Positions 12,188-25,159 of a stretch of DNA of 64,000 bases are shown piece after piece; position 1 is the first letter of the stretch; the number at the start of each line of letters is the position of its first letter. The stretch covers positions 12,524,001 to 12,588,000 of the forward strand of contig OZ176054.1 in NCBI GenBank assembly GCA_964247055.1, written 5' to 3'. Below the pieces are notes generated by a model. The model did not search any database. It had not been told where the DNA came from and worked only from the letters and a program-made list of their open reading frames with translations. A program made the position numbers and the translations under genes. The DNA comes from Paragordius varius. Lineage: Eukaryota; Animalia; Nematomorpha.

Positions 12188-13317
12188 TAAATATATGTGT
12201 TTTAAACGGTCAATATACAAAGCGCGATGTTTATATTTGGTCATCAACCTGTTGAACTAAATTAATGTGAGATGATATCGTTAATATTTTGCTAGCTAAG
12301 AGAAGAGATTGTAATTTTGTACTCTTCACATTGTATATAAATTAATATGAAAATTGCATTAGAAATAAGGATATAATCATATTTATCATGTTGGATTTTA
12401 TATGGATAGTAATGACTTTTGCATTAGTGCAAAATCAAAAAATTGGTAATTTTTATTTTAATTACACCCATATAGATGTATGTGATCCAAACACTTTAAT
12501 AAGTCCCATTTGTTTCAAAGATATTTTCCCCGATCCTTGGTGATAATTTTCGCTTTTTATTTTACATAATCCATTAATTTACGCCTATCTAAGGTTTCAG
12601 CATTAACTCCTTATTTATTTAAATTTAACTTTTTTCAACAAAATACACTTTTCAAATAAGCACTCGTATCATTTTGTTTCATACTCAACAAACACTTGTA
12701 ACAACACATTTATTTCAGTTCTCCCATTCAAATTGGGTTCGTTGGTATCCGGCCTCTTTAGATAAAATATTTTAAGAATATGGAATATGAAGTGATATCG
12801 AATGTTTGCACTTATATAACATCGATGCACCAAGTTATAAAAAAGATTACCCACAGAACTTGATTTTAATTATTTCATTTTTTATGGATATACCTGAAGG
12901 TAAATTTAGCCAAAATGACATGTGCGCATTATTTAACTATGAAAATAATGCAAAATAAACCATTTTTTCTCCTTCGTTTTTGGAAATTTCTTTGGTTCCA
13001 TAACCAATGGCTATAGTTGTAATCCTTTTTTTCTAAACTATAAAATATTATCAAATTTTAATTTTCTGCCGCCAGGAGACAAAGTCGTTAAGGTCCGCAT
13101 ATTACTACTTGAAGGATGCAATGTTTAATAAAACCAACTTAATGATAATACAAAAAATTCAAGAATTAGAGTTACGTATTGTACCCTTTAAATATTTCTA
13201 AAATTATTGAATAATGTTTAGGTTAGTTCAAAATAAAAATTGAATGAATTCATGTTAAATTTGTCGTCGGGCAAAGTGTTGAGATTTAATTGCAAATATA
13301 TATATTTTATAAATATA

Positions 13318-13580
13318 CCATTTACAATTCAAATTCACCCTTGAACAATTCAAATACACCCTAAAAATAAATTATGTGTTTTCGAACTAATATAACTCAT
13401 TATTAATATGAAATATATCTTTATGGCATAGTTTATTATTTTTTCAATATTATTTTAATTTGAAACATAATTTAATTTTACAAAAATATATAAAAAAATA
13501 GGTAAATTTTAATCCTTAAAAGCATATAAAATTATTTGAGGGTGAATTTGAATTGCTCAAGGGTAATGAACTGTAAATGG
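13318..13580. mobile_element. TA|CCATTTACAATTCAAATTCACCC MITE, family C
   Basis: TIRs with tandem AATTCAAATTCACCCTTGAAC subrepeats, TATA-flanked. Partial copies at ~46690-46925 and ~54718-54925. Confidence 0.85.
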
Positions 13581-13825
13581 TATATATATATATAGGTCTA
13601 ACATGTTAACAAATGAATCCTACTTTTTAAATCAAGTTGGCAGCGCAGTTGTATGGACCATCCCTATGCATGCCCATTACGATAATGCCTCACATGCCTA
13701 TGAATATGATGTTCAAACACCTTATCAAGCAAATTTACGAATCATTGAAGTTCACGCCGGTTCTGATGTACGTTATAAATTGAAAAATAGAATTTGACTA
13801 GACTAGAATATTTAATAAATAGGTA

Positions 13826-14120
13826 CAATAAAAACTAAAATTATACGCACAAAACGTACAAATATAAAGACAAATATTTTTTTCTAAAACACAACCATAC
13901 TTTTTGAATCTTGATTTTTTTAAATATAATTAACTCATGGTTTTAAAATACAAAGTTATAATTGATATATATATATCGGTAAAACAATCAATTATATATT
14001 TTACAATTGTAATTATATAATTTATATAAGGAAAATTAAGGTAAAAGTATGGTTGTCTTTTTAAAAAAAATATTGTCTTTATAATTTTACGTTTTGTCCG
14101 TATAATTCCAATTTTTACTG
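13826..14120. mobile_element. Family D MITE
   Basis: TA|CAATAAAAACTAAAATTATACGCAC ... GTCCGTATAATTCCAATTTTTACTG|TA. Confidence 0.85.
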
Positions 14121-14822
14121 TAATATAAGAGCAAAAGTATTTGAATGCCCTGACTATCGTTTACTAATTGATTTTTACTTTAATTGAAATGATATATCTT
14201 TTAATTTAATTTTTTATTAATATTAAACATCAGTGCATGTGTCCAACATTAATGGCATTCTTATATGAAAACGATAATAGTAATTATTTAAACAATTTAG
14301 TCATTGCAAAATTGGAAACGCAACCAAAATATTATTTAAGAATTAACAATGATTTTAATCATTTTATTTAATTATAAAATTTTGTATTTCATATTTTTTG
14401 AAATTTCTCGCCGGCTCCAAAAATTTTTGGGGAGCCGTATGTTGGATACCCCTGTTCCACACTATCGTGTAAAGAACCCGACTTGGTTTAAATTGGGTAA
14501 TGGCAATAAAATTATCATGTTTAATCGGCACACTTTTGTATATGAATATAAAAAACATGCTATATTAACCCCAAAAACCAAATATTCTTATGAGTATTTA
14601 GATATATTTGATTTAAACATCATTAATGTGTTCTGTAAAATACGCCCGCTAAAACGTAACAGCCTAATATATATCTTAAATATACTCAGAACATTAGCTA
14701 ACATTACTTTTTACGTATTAAAAAATATTAAGTTTGTTTTAAAACAAGACATCCAAAAAAATTATTCAAGGCATAAATTTTATATTTTTTATTATTTAGT
14801 GTGGACATGATACATTGATTTA

Positions 14823-15009
14823 CAGTATGAGTAAGTATACCTTGCTAGAAAGTTATTAATTATTGCCAAATAGCATTTACAACAAAGGGAAATATTATTG
14901 GCTGATAGTAATTTTTTTACTTTTTACTATTATTAGTCAATAATAATTTCTCTGCATATGATATCTAGCAATAATGAAACTTTCTAGCAATATAAACTTG
15001 CTCATACTG
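14823..15009. mobile_element. TA-flanked Tc1/mariner-type MITE (separate family)
   Basis: TA|CAGTATGAGTAAGTATACCTTGCTAGAAAGTT ... AACTTTCTAGCAATATAAACTTGCTCATACTG|TA. Confidence 0.8.
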
Positions 15010-15169
15010 TATATTAAAATTTAATGTTTTAAAATTTAAGTTTCATGAGTGTGAACTCAATTTTCGCTACATGTGTCATATTGGAGTCGTAAATATTCTT
15101 AATTAAAAATAAATATTTGACAATTCAAATATTGAATCTTTCTATCAATATCATGGCTCAAATAATATA

Positions 15170-15492
15170 ACATTTACAGTTCAAATTCACCCTTAAACCA
15201 TTCAAATTCACCCTGGAACAATTTAAATTCATCCTAGTATAAATTATGTGTATTTCCACAATAAAAATTACTTTTTTTAAAAAAAAATTTAAAATATGAA
15301 ATTCTGTTTAAAATTATTAATATAATGCTGAAAAAATAATAGACTATGTCATAAAAATATATTTCATATTAATGAAGAGTTAAATTAAAGCGAAAAAACA
15401 ATTAATTTTAGGGTGAATTTTTGTTCAGGGTAAATTTAAAGGGTTAGAGGGTGAATTTGAATTGTTAAAGGGTGAATTTGAATTGTAAATGG
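15170..15492. mobile_element. Family C MITE
   Basis: Same TIRs and subrepeats as 13318-13580. Confidence 0.85.
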
Positions 15493-16134
15493 TATATATG
15501 TGTATTTGTTTTTGTAAAGTAATCGGATTTCGCATTATGATTAAATAGAGTTTAATCGTTTTTAATAAAAGGTTTTTGCCTGGATTTCAAATTAAAAATA
15601 TTATTTTTTATAAAAAATATAAAAAGGTGATAGTTGCTTTTTAAAATATAGATAAAATTTATTTCGGTTCCACTATTAAAATATGAATAAATATTTATCA
15701 AAGGTTTTTTCTCTATCTAAATAGGTGTAGAGCTGTTTTTTAGCCATTTTTTAGGGCACATGTAAGAAATTATAGTAGCAAATTTACAATTATTTTTATA
15801 TTAAATTATTCTAGTTAATTCTTGACGTTTGGGGTCCCAAACATTTTTTACATAAAATCTGTGGATCCAAATATTTTGCAAACCATTCCTTTTCGCCTCT
15901 CTCAGAGAAAGAATGTTTCTCTGCTCAAAAAATATATCAGAATTCACTGGATTCTTCGAAAGCCTTCTACTGGGTAATTAACATTTTTGTGGTTAAAAAT
16001 GTTTAAAATCTTGTAAAAAATTGTAGTGTGTGGATATAATAAAAATTTTAAGCAAAATTAATGGCCTTTCAGAATGGTAAATTTGCCATTTTACAGTAAA
16101 TAGTAATGTGTCTATGGTAAAGTTTATTTTAAAA

Positions 16135-16610
16135 CACTTGGATACAACACATTCGTTTTAGTCATTCGATTCAAATTGAGATCTTTGGGGGCCATAAAAG
16201 TTTGCACTTATATACCATGGATGAACCAAAATATAAAAATTTCATTTAAAATGACTCAGTATATCTTATTTTATAGGATAAAAAGGTAAAAATTGAGCCA
16301 ACATGACATGTATGCCTTAGCTCAACAAAAGAAACTTTCTGTTTATATCAAAATTAGATGTAATTTTAATTTTAGCGTTAGAATCAAAAAACACGATATT
16401 CAAAAATGTTGTAAAATAAAATGGCGTCGAAGTAATTTGACATGGAACTTTTTTTTCAAAAATTTTGTTTTGAAATTATGGCTTATATGTATATATATAT
16501 ATATATATTTATTATTAAAATAGAAGAATTTAAATTAAATCCGTTCAGTAGTTTTTATATAATATCAATTTTAATATGTCTGGGGTATACCCCATTTTGA
16601 ATTGAAATGT
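16135..16610. mobile_element. TTAA-flanked MITE family B (piggyBac-like ends CACTTGGAT)
   Basis: Homologous to 38902-39453 and 61521-62078; partial copy at ~12692-12850. Confidence 0.75.
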
Positions 16611-16695
16611 TAACATAGCAAAAAAATATAGAAAAAACTAATTTCATTAATATACATCTTTATTGTTTTACCCAAAAAAACTTTATTTATTATAA

Positions 16696-17046
16696 TTAAA
16701 GTAAATGGCAAAAACGGGTATAAAGATTTTTAAAAAATAAATAGTTAATTTATTTAATAAATATCCAATTGGTTATATTTATATAACCTTTTTCAGGATA
16801 AAGAAAAAAAAATAAAACGAAATTAAAAAATATAAAATGGTGAAAAGGATGTGTGGTAAAGGTTGTTTACTGGTTTTTTCACTAGTTATAAATACCTTTA
16901 CTACACATTCCACCATTTTATATTTATAATTTTGTTTTTGTTTTTCTTTATCCTGAAAAGGGTTATACAAATATAACTCAAAATTGGATATTTAAATATA
17001 ACTATAAATTTTACACATTTATACGCATTTTTGCCATTTATTTTAA
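16696..17046. repeat. ~350-bp palindromic MITE-like element
   Basis: Arms ~165 bp (TTAAAGTAAATGGCAAAAA ... TTTTTGCCATTTATTTTAA) around a ~30-bp spacer at 16864-16893. Confidence 0.8.
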
Positions 17047-17592
17047 CTTGATTTATAAATGCGTGTGATTCCTTACTTTTTAATTTATTATAGATTAATT
17101 CATGGATTTTTTTTATTTGATGTCTTGGTTTTAATATTAGATTGAAAATTATAATTATACGGAAAAAACCTACATATTAAAAAATTTATTTAGACAGTCA
17201 AACCTTTAACTTGATTATTTTAAAATAAGTGTGTTATACATAAATATATTCGTTTAATATTTCTCAACCCTAATCGATAGGTAATTCTAAAAATAAAGGC
17301 TAAAAAGTATGGCTGTTTTATTTAAATTATTTGTTTTATAGATTTTACGTTTTGTACTGTATATCTAATTTTTACTAGATTTTTACACTAGGAATGCATT
17401 AAAAAAATACGACTTAATGTAAGTTTATGTTCGGAAACTTTTTTAAATTAATAACAAAATTATAAATTCACGGAAATCAGAATCATATCATAATACCATT
17501 AAAGGGAGAGAACTTGCCCAACGCAAAAAAGCAGAAATCGAATTAGTTTATTATACTTTGAACAAAATTGATAAAATTCAGACAGGAATTAA

Positions 17593-18867
17593 CACGATTT
17601 AAATTGGGGAATCTAAATACCCCAGACTAAATTTAACTCAATATTTTTAAGAAACTACTGAAGATAACGGTCCCAATTTAAATTTATGCTTCTATCCTGA
17701 TAAAAATTATATAAATAAGCCCAAATATCAAAATAAAAAATTTTGATAAAAAAGTTCCATGTCAGATTACTATGACGCCATTTTTATTTTACAAAATTTT
17801 GCAAAATATCGTGTTATTTAATTTTAAAGGTAAAATTAAAGCTATTCTTTTATTTATATTACATCTAACATTGATAGAAATAGTAAAAGTGGTTATATTG
17901 TATTATTTTTCAATTTATCCAATGAACACATGTTACGTTGACTAAATTTTTAACTTTGAGTTTCACATCAAAATATGTTATATCAAGTATTTTGGAAATT
18001 TTTCTTATATATTTCGGTTTATTAATGTAATATAAGTGCGCGATTTTGTCATGGTTCCGATTCCTTCCATATTTTTTAATAATAATAATAATTACATTAT
18101 ATGATATCACTCTTTCGAGCGGTCATATCCGTAAACTATTTCGCCATAGAACCCTGTCTAAGGCGTCTTCGCGTTTTAGGTTCAGTTTTGCCATGTCCCT
18201 TTTAACTGTATCTATCCATCAGGGCGTCCTTTTCCCCTCTTGCCTTTCACAATATAATCATCAATCTTTTTACCAATGTATTTTTTATCTCTTCTTTCAA
18301 CATGTCCGAACCATCTTAAACGATTTACCATCATCTTTTGCGTTACCGGTTTGATTTTCCGTACTTCCTCTTATGTAGACATTCTTCACCTTGTCATTCC
18401 TCGTTACACCGCACATCAATCTAAGCATTCTCATTTCAGTAACCTCAAAGTGCCTCTCTTCTGATTTCTTTATTGCCCATGTCTGTGAGTTGTACATCAT
18501 TGTTGGTCGTACAACAGCACTGTAAATCTTACCCTTTTTAGGTCAATATTTTTGTCACACAAAACACTTGAGATCTTTTTATAATTTGCCCAACTATTTC
18601 GAATTCTTAAATTAATATCAAGTGTTAAAGAACCATCTGCTGCTAATATCGCTCCTAAATATTTGCATTCCTCCTGACCTTTTAATACCCGCCCTTCTTC
18701 TAATTTTATTTCTCGTTTTTGCCCGCCAATATTTATCAGTTCCGTTTTCTTTTTATTAACTTTTAATCCACATCGTCTTAACACATAAAGTATTTAATTT
18801 TCAACAGGCCCGGGTATCCAACTACCCATTTATCGAGGGACTGAAATGAATGTGTTATATCCAAGTG
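17593..18867. mobile_element. Family B MITE interrupted by an RTE insertion
   Basis: TTAA|CACG start and CCAAGTG|TTAC end. Host sequence resumes after 18790 where it stops at ~18079, compared with the intact copy at 38902-39453. Confidence 0.75.
18080..18786 (-). mobile_element. 5'-truncated RTE-clade LINE (second family) with (ATT)n tail
   Basis: ORFs 18497-18784 (KVNKKKTE, CKYLG, RIRNSW) and 18297-18500 (YNSQTWA, EMRMLR.MCGVTR.DKVKN) are RTE RT/thumb sequence; ATT-repeat 3' tail at ~18080-18091. Confidence 0.88.
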
Positions 18868-21827
18868 TTACAAGACTTGGATATTTTTGTGGACTTAACT
18901 ATCCAGAATCTATCAGCTAAAATTGACAAAATATTTCAGATATTTCTTAAACAAAGAGAATTACACTTATATAAAATTAAAAGGCTTATAACTGAAATAG
19001 GAATCCTAAATAGGCGGAATCAGGTGTCCAACACAAATAGCTTCTCTTGCTGCAATATAGATTAGAAAGCCCGGCAGGCTTTAAATACATATATGGGTAA
19101 TCAAAAATATTCATTATTTTCAAACAATAGACTGTATAATGCAAACACATTATATATATACCAACTTTTACTAAGTCATTGCCAATGGTACAAGGCTATC
19201 CGAATTAAAATTGCCAATCTAAGATTTTTTAATAAGATTGCAAATAATAAAAAATTGACTCTTTAGTTCCAAGGTTTTGTCTGTGTATTAACACTCTGAG
19301 CATCTATCTAGATACGAATCGAACGAAATAATTTGGGAATATTCGTTTACGAAATGCAATACGATCTAGTGACCCTCAAACACATGATGATAGAAATGTA
19401 TGTGGAGGGTCTGGACACCCTGAAATATTTGAACAATATTTATGTCGATGCCGCATTACATGACAATTTAAACACTGGAATCAGTTTTAAAATTGTAGTC
19501 AAAGAATGCTTAATTCCAAGTAATTTTTCAACTATATTTTTGATTTTGGTTTCAAATTTTACCATGTCCCTAATATAGCTATCATATCACGCTATACTAC
19601 ATTCCACGGAATAGGTATACACTATATATCGTTTATTAATTTATAGAAAAATTTGTTAACATACAATCAGCCTGTTCACTGATAAAACAATCAACCTTTT
19701 ATAATTTAGTATGGCCTCATATAAATGGAACGCTATCTTATTTAAAGTAATAACATATCTATCATTTATTTTTAAAATATTGGCAAATCGGGGGTTTGAT
19801 GTATAAAACTTTTACGCATATCAGATTAATAACAAAATTACAATATAAAATAGCCTAAAAATATAATAATATAAACTTATTATATGATAATTTTTTATTG
19901 TTAGAAATATAATATTTTAACAAGGAAAACGGCCAATTCAAACGGTTAACTTCCATTTGTATAATTTAGTGTCAACATATGTTTAACATGTGGTAATGAT
20001 ATGCATTCACACCCTGATCGAATATATACATATATATATAGTTAATGGTTTTAGTTGCAAACCAAGGCGATGGCTTGAAATGTAAACATATTTGAAATGT
20101 TTAAGACAAATTTGAAATGTTTAAAGACATTTTTTGTTTAGGAATAACCTCAGGCGTAAATACACGCTTCGATTTGGTATAGTATAACATTTTCGATTAT
20201 AAAATATCATTTGCATTACAAATGGTCATAAATTACACATCGTAGTCAAATTATTTAAACAGTAATTATGTTTTTTAATCTATGTAGTTGTTAATTTGAA
20301 TGAAAGAATATGGTTTTTACGTAAGGATTGAGGGGATGACCCGAAAGATATTTATTAATTAATGGAGTTTACCAAATTTTGTAATAGAATTCTGAAAGAT
20401 AAGGTTAATATCAGGTAGGAATTTCCTATGGAAAAATATAAAATGTATTAAATTGTCGTGTTCCAAATTTAAATTCAAATTAAACTATTTTTTCGATGAA
20501 CATACTAGTTTCCAGAATCTAAAAAAATTTGCGATATTTTAATTAACCACAAAAAACTATTTATTTTTCGTTATATCTATTATGAATTAAATTCGCCAAA
20601 ACTTTACGATGATACTAACAAAAATTATAATTTACAAGCTTAGGTTTCAATAAGTTTCTCTAAAGTAAATAATAAAATACAATAATCATTTTTAGAAGTG
20701 TTTTATAATAATTCTTGCATATTTAATGTGTTAAAATTTTAATGGACTAGCTTTTCATTTTTTAAAGTAAATGTAAATCGCCCGTTCGGTAACAGGGATG
20801 GAAACAAACTATTTTTTTATGAATATATAATTACATACTTGTTACTTATAAATTAATTAATAACCTCGTATAAAATAAATAAAATAAAATACATACGAGT
20901 CAAAATCAATTTATATATAAATTAGAATAGGTCTTTAAAATCTTAGTTTTTATAGTATATTATATTTAAAGTACCAATATAGCTAAAATTTTTATAAATA
21001 AATCAGGATGTCTGGTATCAAAGTTAATTACAATTTTTAATGAAAAAGCTATAGTATTTTAGGAAACCTTATGCTTTAGTCAATTTTTAATTAAACCCAA
21101 TAATTTATACGAATAGGTAATACATTAAAGAAAACTGGCTTCTTGAAACACAAGTTTATAAATAATTCTTTTACCATTTTTTATTAATTCTATGTTTTCG
21201 CCCTTGTAAATTATTAATATCAATTGAATAACCATTTCTTTTTCTAGAATAGCCTACTGATTGAAATCAATTTTTCAAATCGTTTTTCATAAATGCAAAG
21301 TCCAATTTTTTCACTTTCATAGATAATTAGGTAAATTACAAACTCTATGGCACCTGAAATATATATAAAAAAATGCGGACAGCATTTTAAACTGTCCTAA
21401 TTTAAATGACCAATGAATTCGCATTTTAATTGCTGGGGGGAGTTAATCGGTGGGAGTTAATATTATTTGAATATTTTATATGTCCGTTTTTTAGGAACAT
21501 ACAAATAGAAGTAAATAGCCGATCATTATTTCATGTGATTTCAACTTTAAACATCCGCACGATACATAACCACTTCATGGCCGAAAGCAAGTTAACCCTT
21601 TTGCCAGATTTGTCTTGGTATAAATATTTTCCATTGGCTCCTATCATGATTATGGAGATTGATGTAATATATACGGATAAATTTTATTAATTTAACAAGA
21701 TCTTGTATAAAATTTCAATAGTTTTATGAAAAAACTTGTTTTCATAAAAGGATAGCGCACGATAGCCGTTATTTTAACTTAAAAACTTTTATATTGAGAT
21801 TCGAAAAATTTGTGAATAGATTAATAT

Positions 21828-22665
21828 CAGGGCTTGGAACCGGAGCCGCATGAAACCGGAACCCGGATCCTGAATTTTTAACAAGAACCGGTTCCATTGG
21901 GATGGAACCAACGCGGTTCCGGTTCCATCCCCTTAATTACTGGTTCCCATATGATTTTTATTATAAAAATTTTATTTTATTATTTAAATTTAATTGTACC
22001 ACTACATATTGAATACTTCAAATTTCAAACCTAAACCTAAGCGCCTAATATTATATTAGCCATACTCTCTCAATTTTGGGTGATTAGGCTGTTCTAAAAA
22101 AACTATTAGTCATTCAAGTTTATTTATAATACATATGTTCGTATATATAGGTCTCCGTTGAAAGGAGTTTTTTCACCCTTAATTTTGTAGAAAGACCTGA
22201 GAAGCAGTTTACCAGCGTATTGCTTGGTGCAATAATTTTTAAAGTTAAATAAAAAATAGATGCCTTATTTAGTTTAACACTCATTATATACCTTTTGTAC
22301 TTATACATTTTCCTATTATATTTTTATAATTTGTTTCATTTATTATGCTACACTATATTTCTTTCACTATACATTTGGCAATTTATATAATTGTTAATAT
22401 TTTGGTTATTTTATTATAATAATAATAATGTAAGAAAATCATTTAATCAAAAGTCAGTACCTGAAAATGAAACCGGTTCTAAATGTAATGAACCGGTTCC
22501 GGAACCGCTTAATTTTTAAAGAACCAACGGGGTTCCGGTTCCAAAATTTCAGGAACCGCCCGGTTCAATTTTTAAATTCTTAAAAACCAACGCAGTTCCG
22601 GTTTCTCTTAGACAGGAACCTACCCGGTTCCGGTTCCACTTTTTTTGAACCGGTTCCAAGCTCTG
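21828..22665. mobile_element. hAT-type GGAACC-rich MITE (copy 2, inverted relative to 7015-7917)
   Basis: TIRs CAGGGCTTGGAACCGG and CCGGTTCCAAGCTCTG; TSD ATTAATAT / ATTAATAC (7/8). Confidence 0.9.
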
Positions 22666-23063
22666 ATTAATACATTTCAGGTTATAAATATAATTAAGCA
22701 TGTACCGTAATAAAATTTTGGATGTATTTATATAAGAAAAATTGACTTATTTGTGTTCGATTTCATTCCCACACTGTTAACATATAAATTGTGTTTATAG
22801 ATAATTATAGATGTAACCGATGCACATCGTTGTCACTTTGATTTATTCAATTTAAACACTGGAAGAATAGAAAAATTTGACATGTCCTTAATTGAATTAG
22901 TATGTCTATTGTTTAAAAAGTGCATTTACAATTCGTAAAATATTTATAAATAGGATAAAATGTTTAAACTTAATATTTCAAATGAATACTAAATAGTAAA
23001 AGGTTTTACTTACAAACTATATTCCTAATTCCCTTTTAAGCTCATTTTGCTTAAGTTTTGAAT

Positions 23064-23363
23064 CAAGGGTGCCTAACACGCGACCCGTGAGTTGCATGTG
23101 GCTATCCAAATTTATGCAGCCCGTGAAAAATTTTAAATATAAAATTTACGCGATTCGAGCAAATTGATGTTCTTAAACAATTTTCTGAATGAATCTTTCT
23201 AAATTAAATTGTGGCAATCTTGCAAAAATTAAAATAAACACTGGTTTTTGCAGTCTATGTTTGTCAATCTTATATGTATTGAGGCCCACATATTTATAAA
23301 TGCGGCCCGCTGATTATATGATACGAATGCGGCTCGGGATGCCATTTGTTTTGGGCACCCCTG
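23064..23363. mobile_element. hAT MITE (CAGGGGTGCCCAA ends)
   Basis: CAAGGGTGCCTAA ... TTGGGCACCCCTG with GCGGCCCGC subterminal motifs; imperfect 8-bp flanks TTTTGAAT / GTTTAAAT. Confidence 0.75.
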
Positions 23364-23864
23364 GTTTAAATCTTAATAAATAGATTTGATTAAACTTTTG
23401 AAATAACAACAGGGACTGAGAATTGTAATACATGAGGGCAGAAAGTTACGATTTATCAAGGGAGATATAAACAGTAGTACTCTTGTTTTAACCAATGTGA
23501 TTCCATCCCAACTCATTTGTTTTGGATCTGATGCAATAATAAATCCACATGTACAAGGTCCATTTATACCTGTTAAAATCAATCGAAAGCTTCTTGACTG
23601 TTGATATCGTTTAATTTTAAATTTCCTTTTTTGCAGAATAAATATTTAAATTTTATTTTAGCTAATATAATTAGTTTCAATGTATTTTACGTTTAAAGGT
23701 GTTTTCCTTATCTGTAAAAATAAATATAAAGATGTATGATCGCAACTAAAGATTTATATCAATTTTTTAGGTTTCGATTGCCGGCATAAAAAATGAGGCA
23801 ATGAAATTTAAATTTTTTCATGAAAATCGTTAGCCTGTTTAAAAGCTTGCATCGGTTAAAAAAT

Positions 23865-24420
23865 TAGGGGTGGCCAACAAGCGGTCATGTGTGGCCCGCG
23901 AAAAATTTAGAAATCAGTAGTATGCAACTATACTCACAAAAACTTTGTAAAATTGATATTTTTTAAAAAATTTTCAATAATTCTACCCAATTGACAAAAA
24001 CTCCAAAAATTGTTATATTGTATCGGCATTTTACATCTAACGTTTCAACTAATAAATTATTTATAGATGCTTATGTATAGGGTGGCGGCCCACCAGTTTT
24101 ATTACAGTAATAATTGAAATTATATGGATAAAATGTAAAAACATAAAGACATTTTTTTTCTAAAGACAACCATACTTTATTAAACCTTAATTTATCCTGT
24201 ATAAACTATTTAATTAATATTGTAAATATATAATTGATTGTGTTACCAATTTACATTTCTATTTTATACTTTATATAAACAATGAGATATATATTAAAAA
24301 AGAAAGGTTTTCTTTTTGTAAAAAATATTTGTCTTTATATTTTCACATTTTGTCCGTATAATTTCAATTTTTACTGTAAGTGAATAATCCGGCCCGCGAA
24401 ACCATTGTTAGACACTTCTG
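23865..24420. mobile_element. Decayed hAT MITE carrying a nested family D MITE (24105-24376)
   Basis: TAGGGGTGGCCAA...GGCCCGCGAAA left end and GGCCCGCGAAA...TTAGACACTTCTG right end; TA|CAGTAA...TTACTG|TA element inside. Confidence 0.65.
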
Positions 24421-25159
24421 CTTTCAATCCTAAATTTTATTAATCAAACTACAGGCATGATTTCAAATTAACATTTAAACATTTTTTTAAAATAGAATAT
24501 CAATATGTAGAATCAAATTGGAACTATTGCAAAAACTACAATTTTAAGTTATAGGTTATAAAACTAAACAGGTATCAAAGCAAAAAATGGCTAAAAAATA
24601 ACGACCGTAATTTTGAATGAAGGTGGAAAACATTTTTTTATGTTAAACATGGTCGCACCCGCATAACATTAATATCTAAATAACACTTTATTCTTGTAAC
24701 GTTTGAACACGCTAAAATGAGTAAAATGTAATATACAAAGCAGGGATTGAAATAAGATCTGTTTTATGGTTTGAAATCATATTTTTTGCCTTTGGTATTA
24801 TAAAAATAAGACCGTCATCAATATTTTAGTTTAATGGTTTAGCATTCATGCTAAAATAATGGAATAACAAGTAAGGTGCTGTCAGATGCCTATTTAAGAA
24901 AATCTACAGAAAATTTTAAATATTGCAGATAATTTATGGACACCATAGATTTTTTAAGCCTTAAATTTTTGGAGAAAAACTATTATTAAACAACAGTTTT
25001 GCTTGATCTAGTTAGGAAAATTAAAAAAATGGAACATATATGAAATAAAGTAAAAACGCAAAACTAATAAGTTAAATAATATATATATATATATATATAT
25101 ATAATAAACTTGGATTATAAAGTATTATTTATTTGTTAAGATTTTAAAACAGTGAACAT

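Noticed and set aside
14349-14810. 153-aa plus-strand ORF
   Set aside because: TTG/alt-start ORF made of AT-rich codons and spanning a hAT-like end (GAGCCGTATGTTGGATACCCCTG); no recognisable domain.
18880-19640. Coding-like stretch (ORFs 18850-19065 and 19333-19578)
   Set aside because: No motif, splice structure or repeat partner that I could identify.
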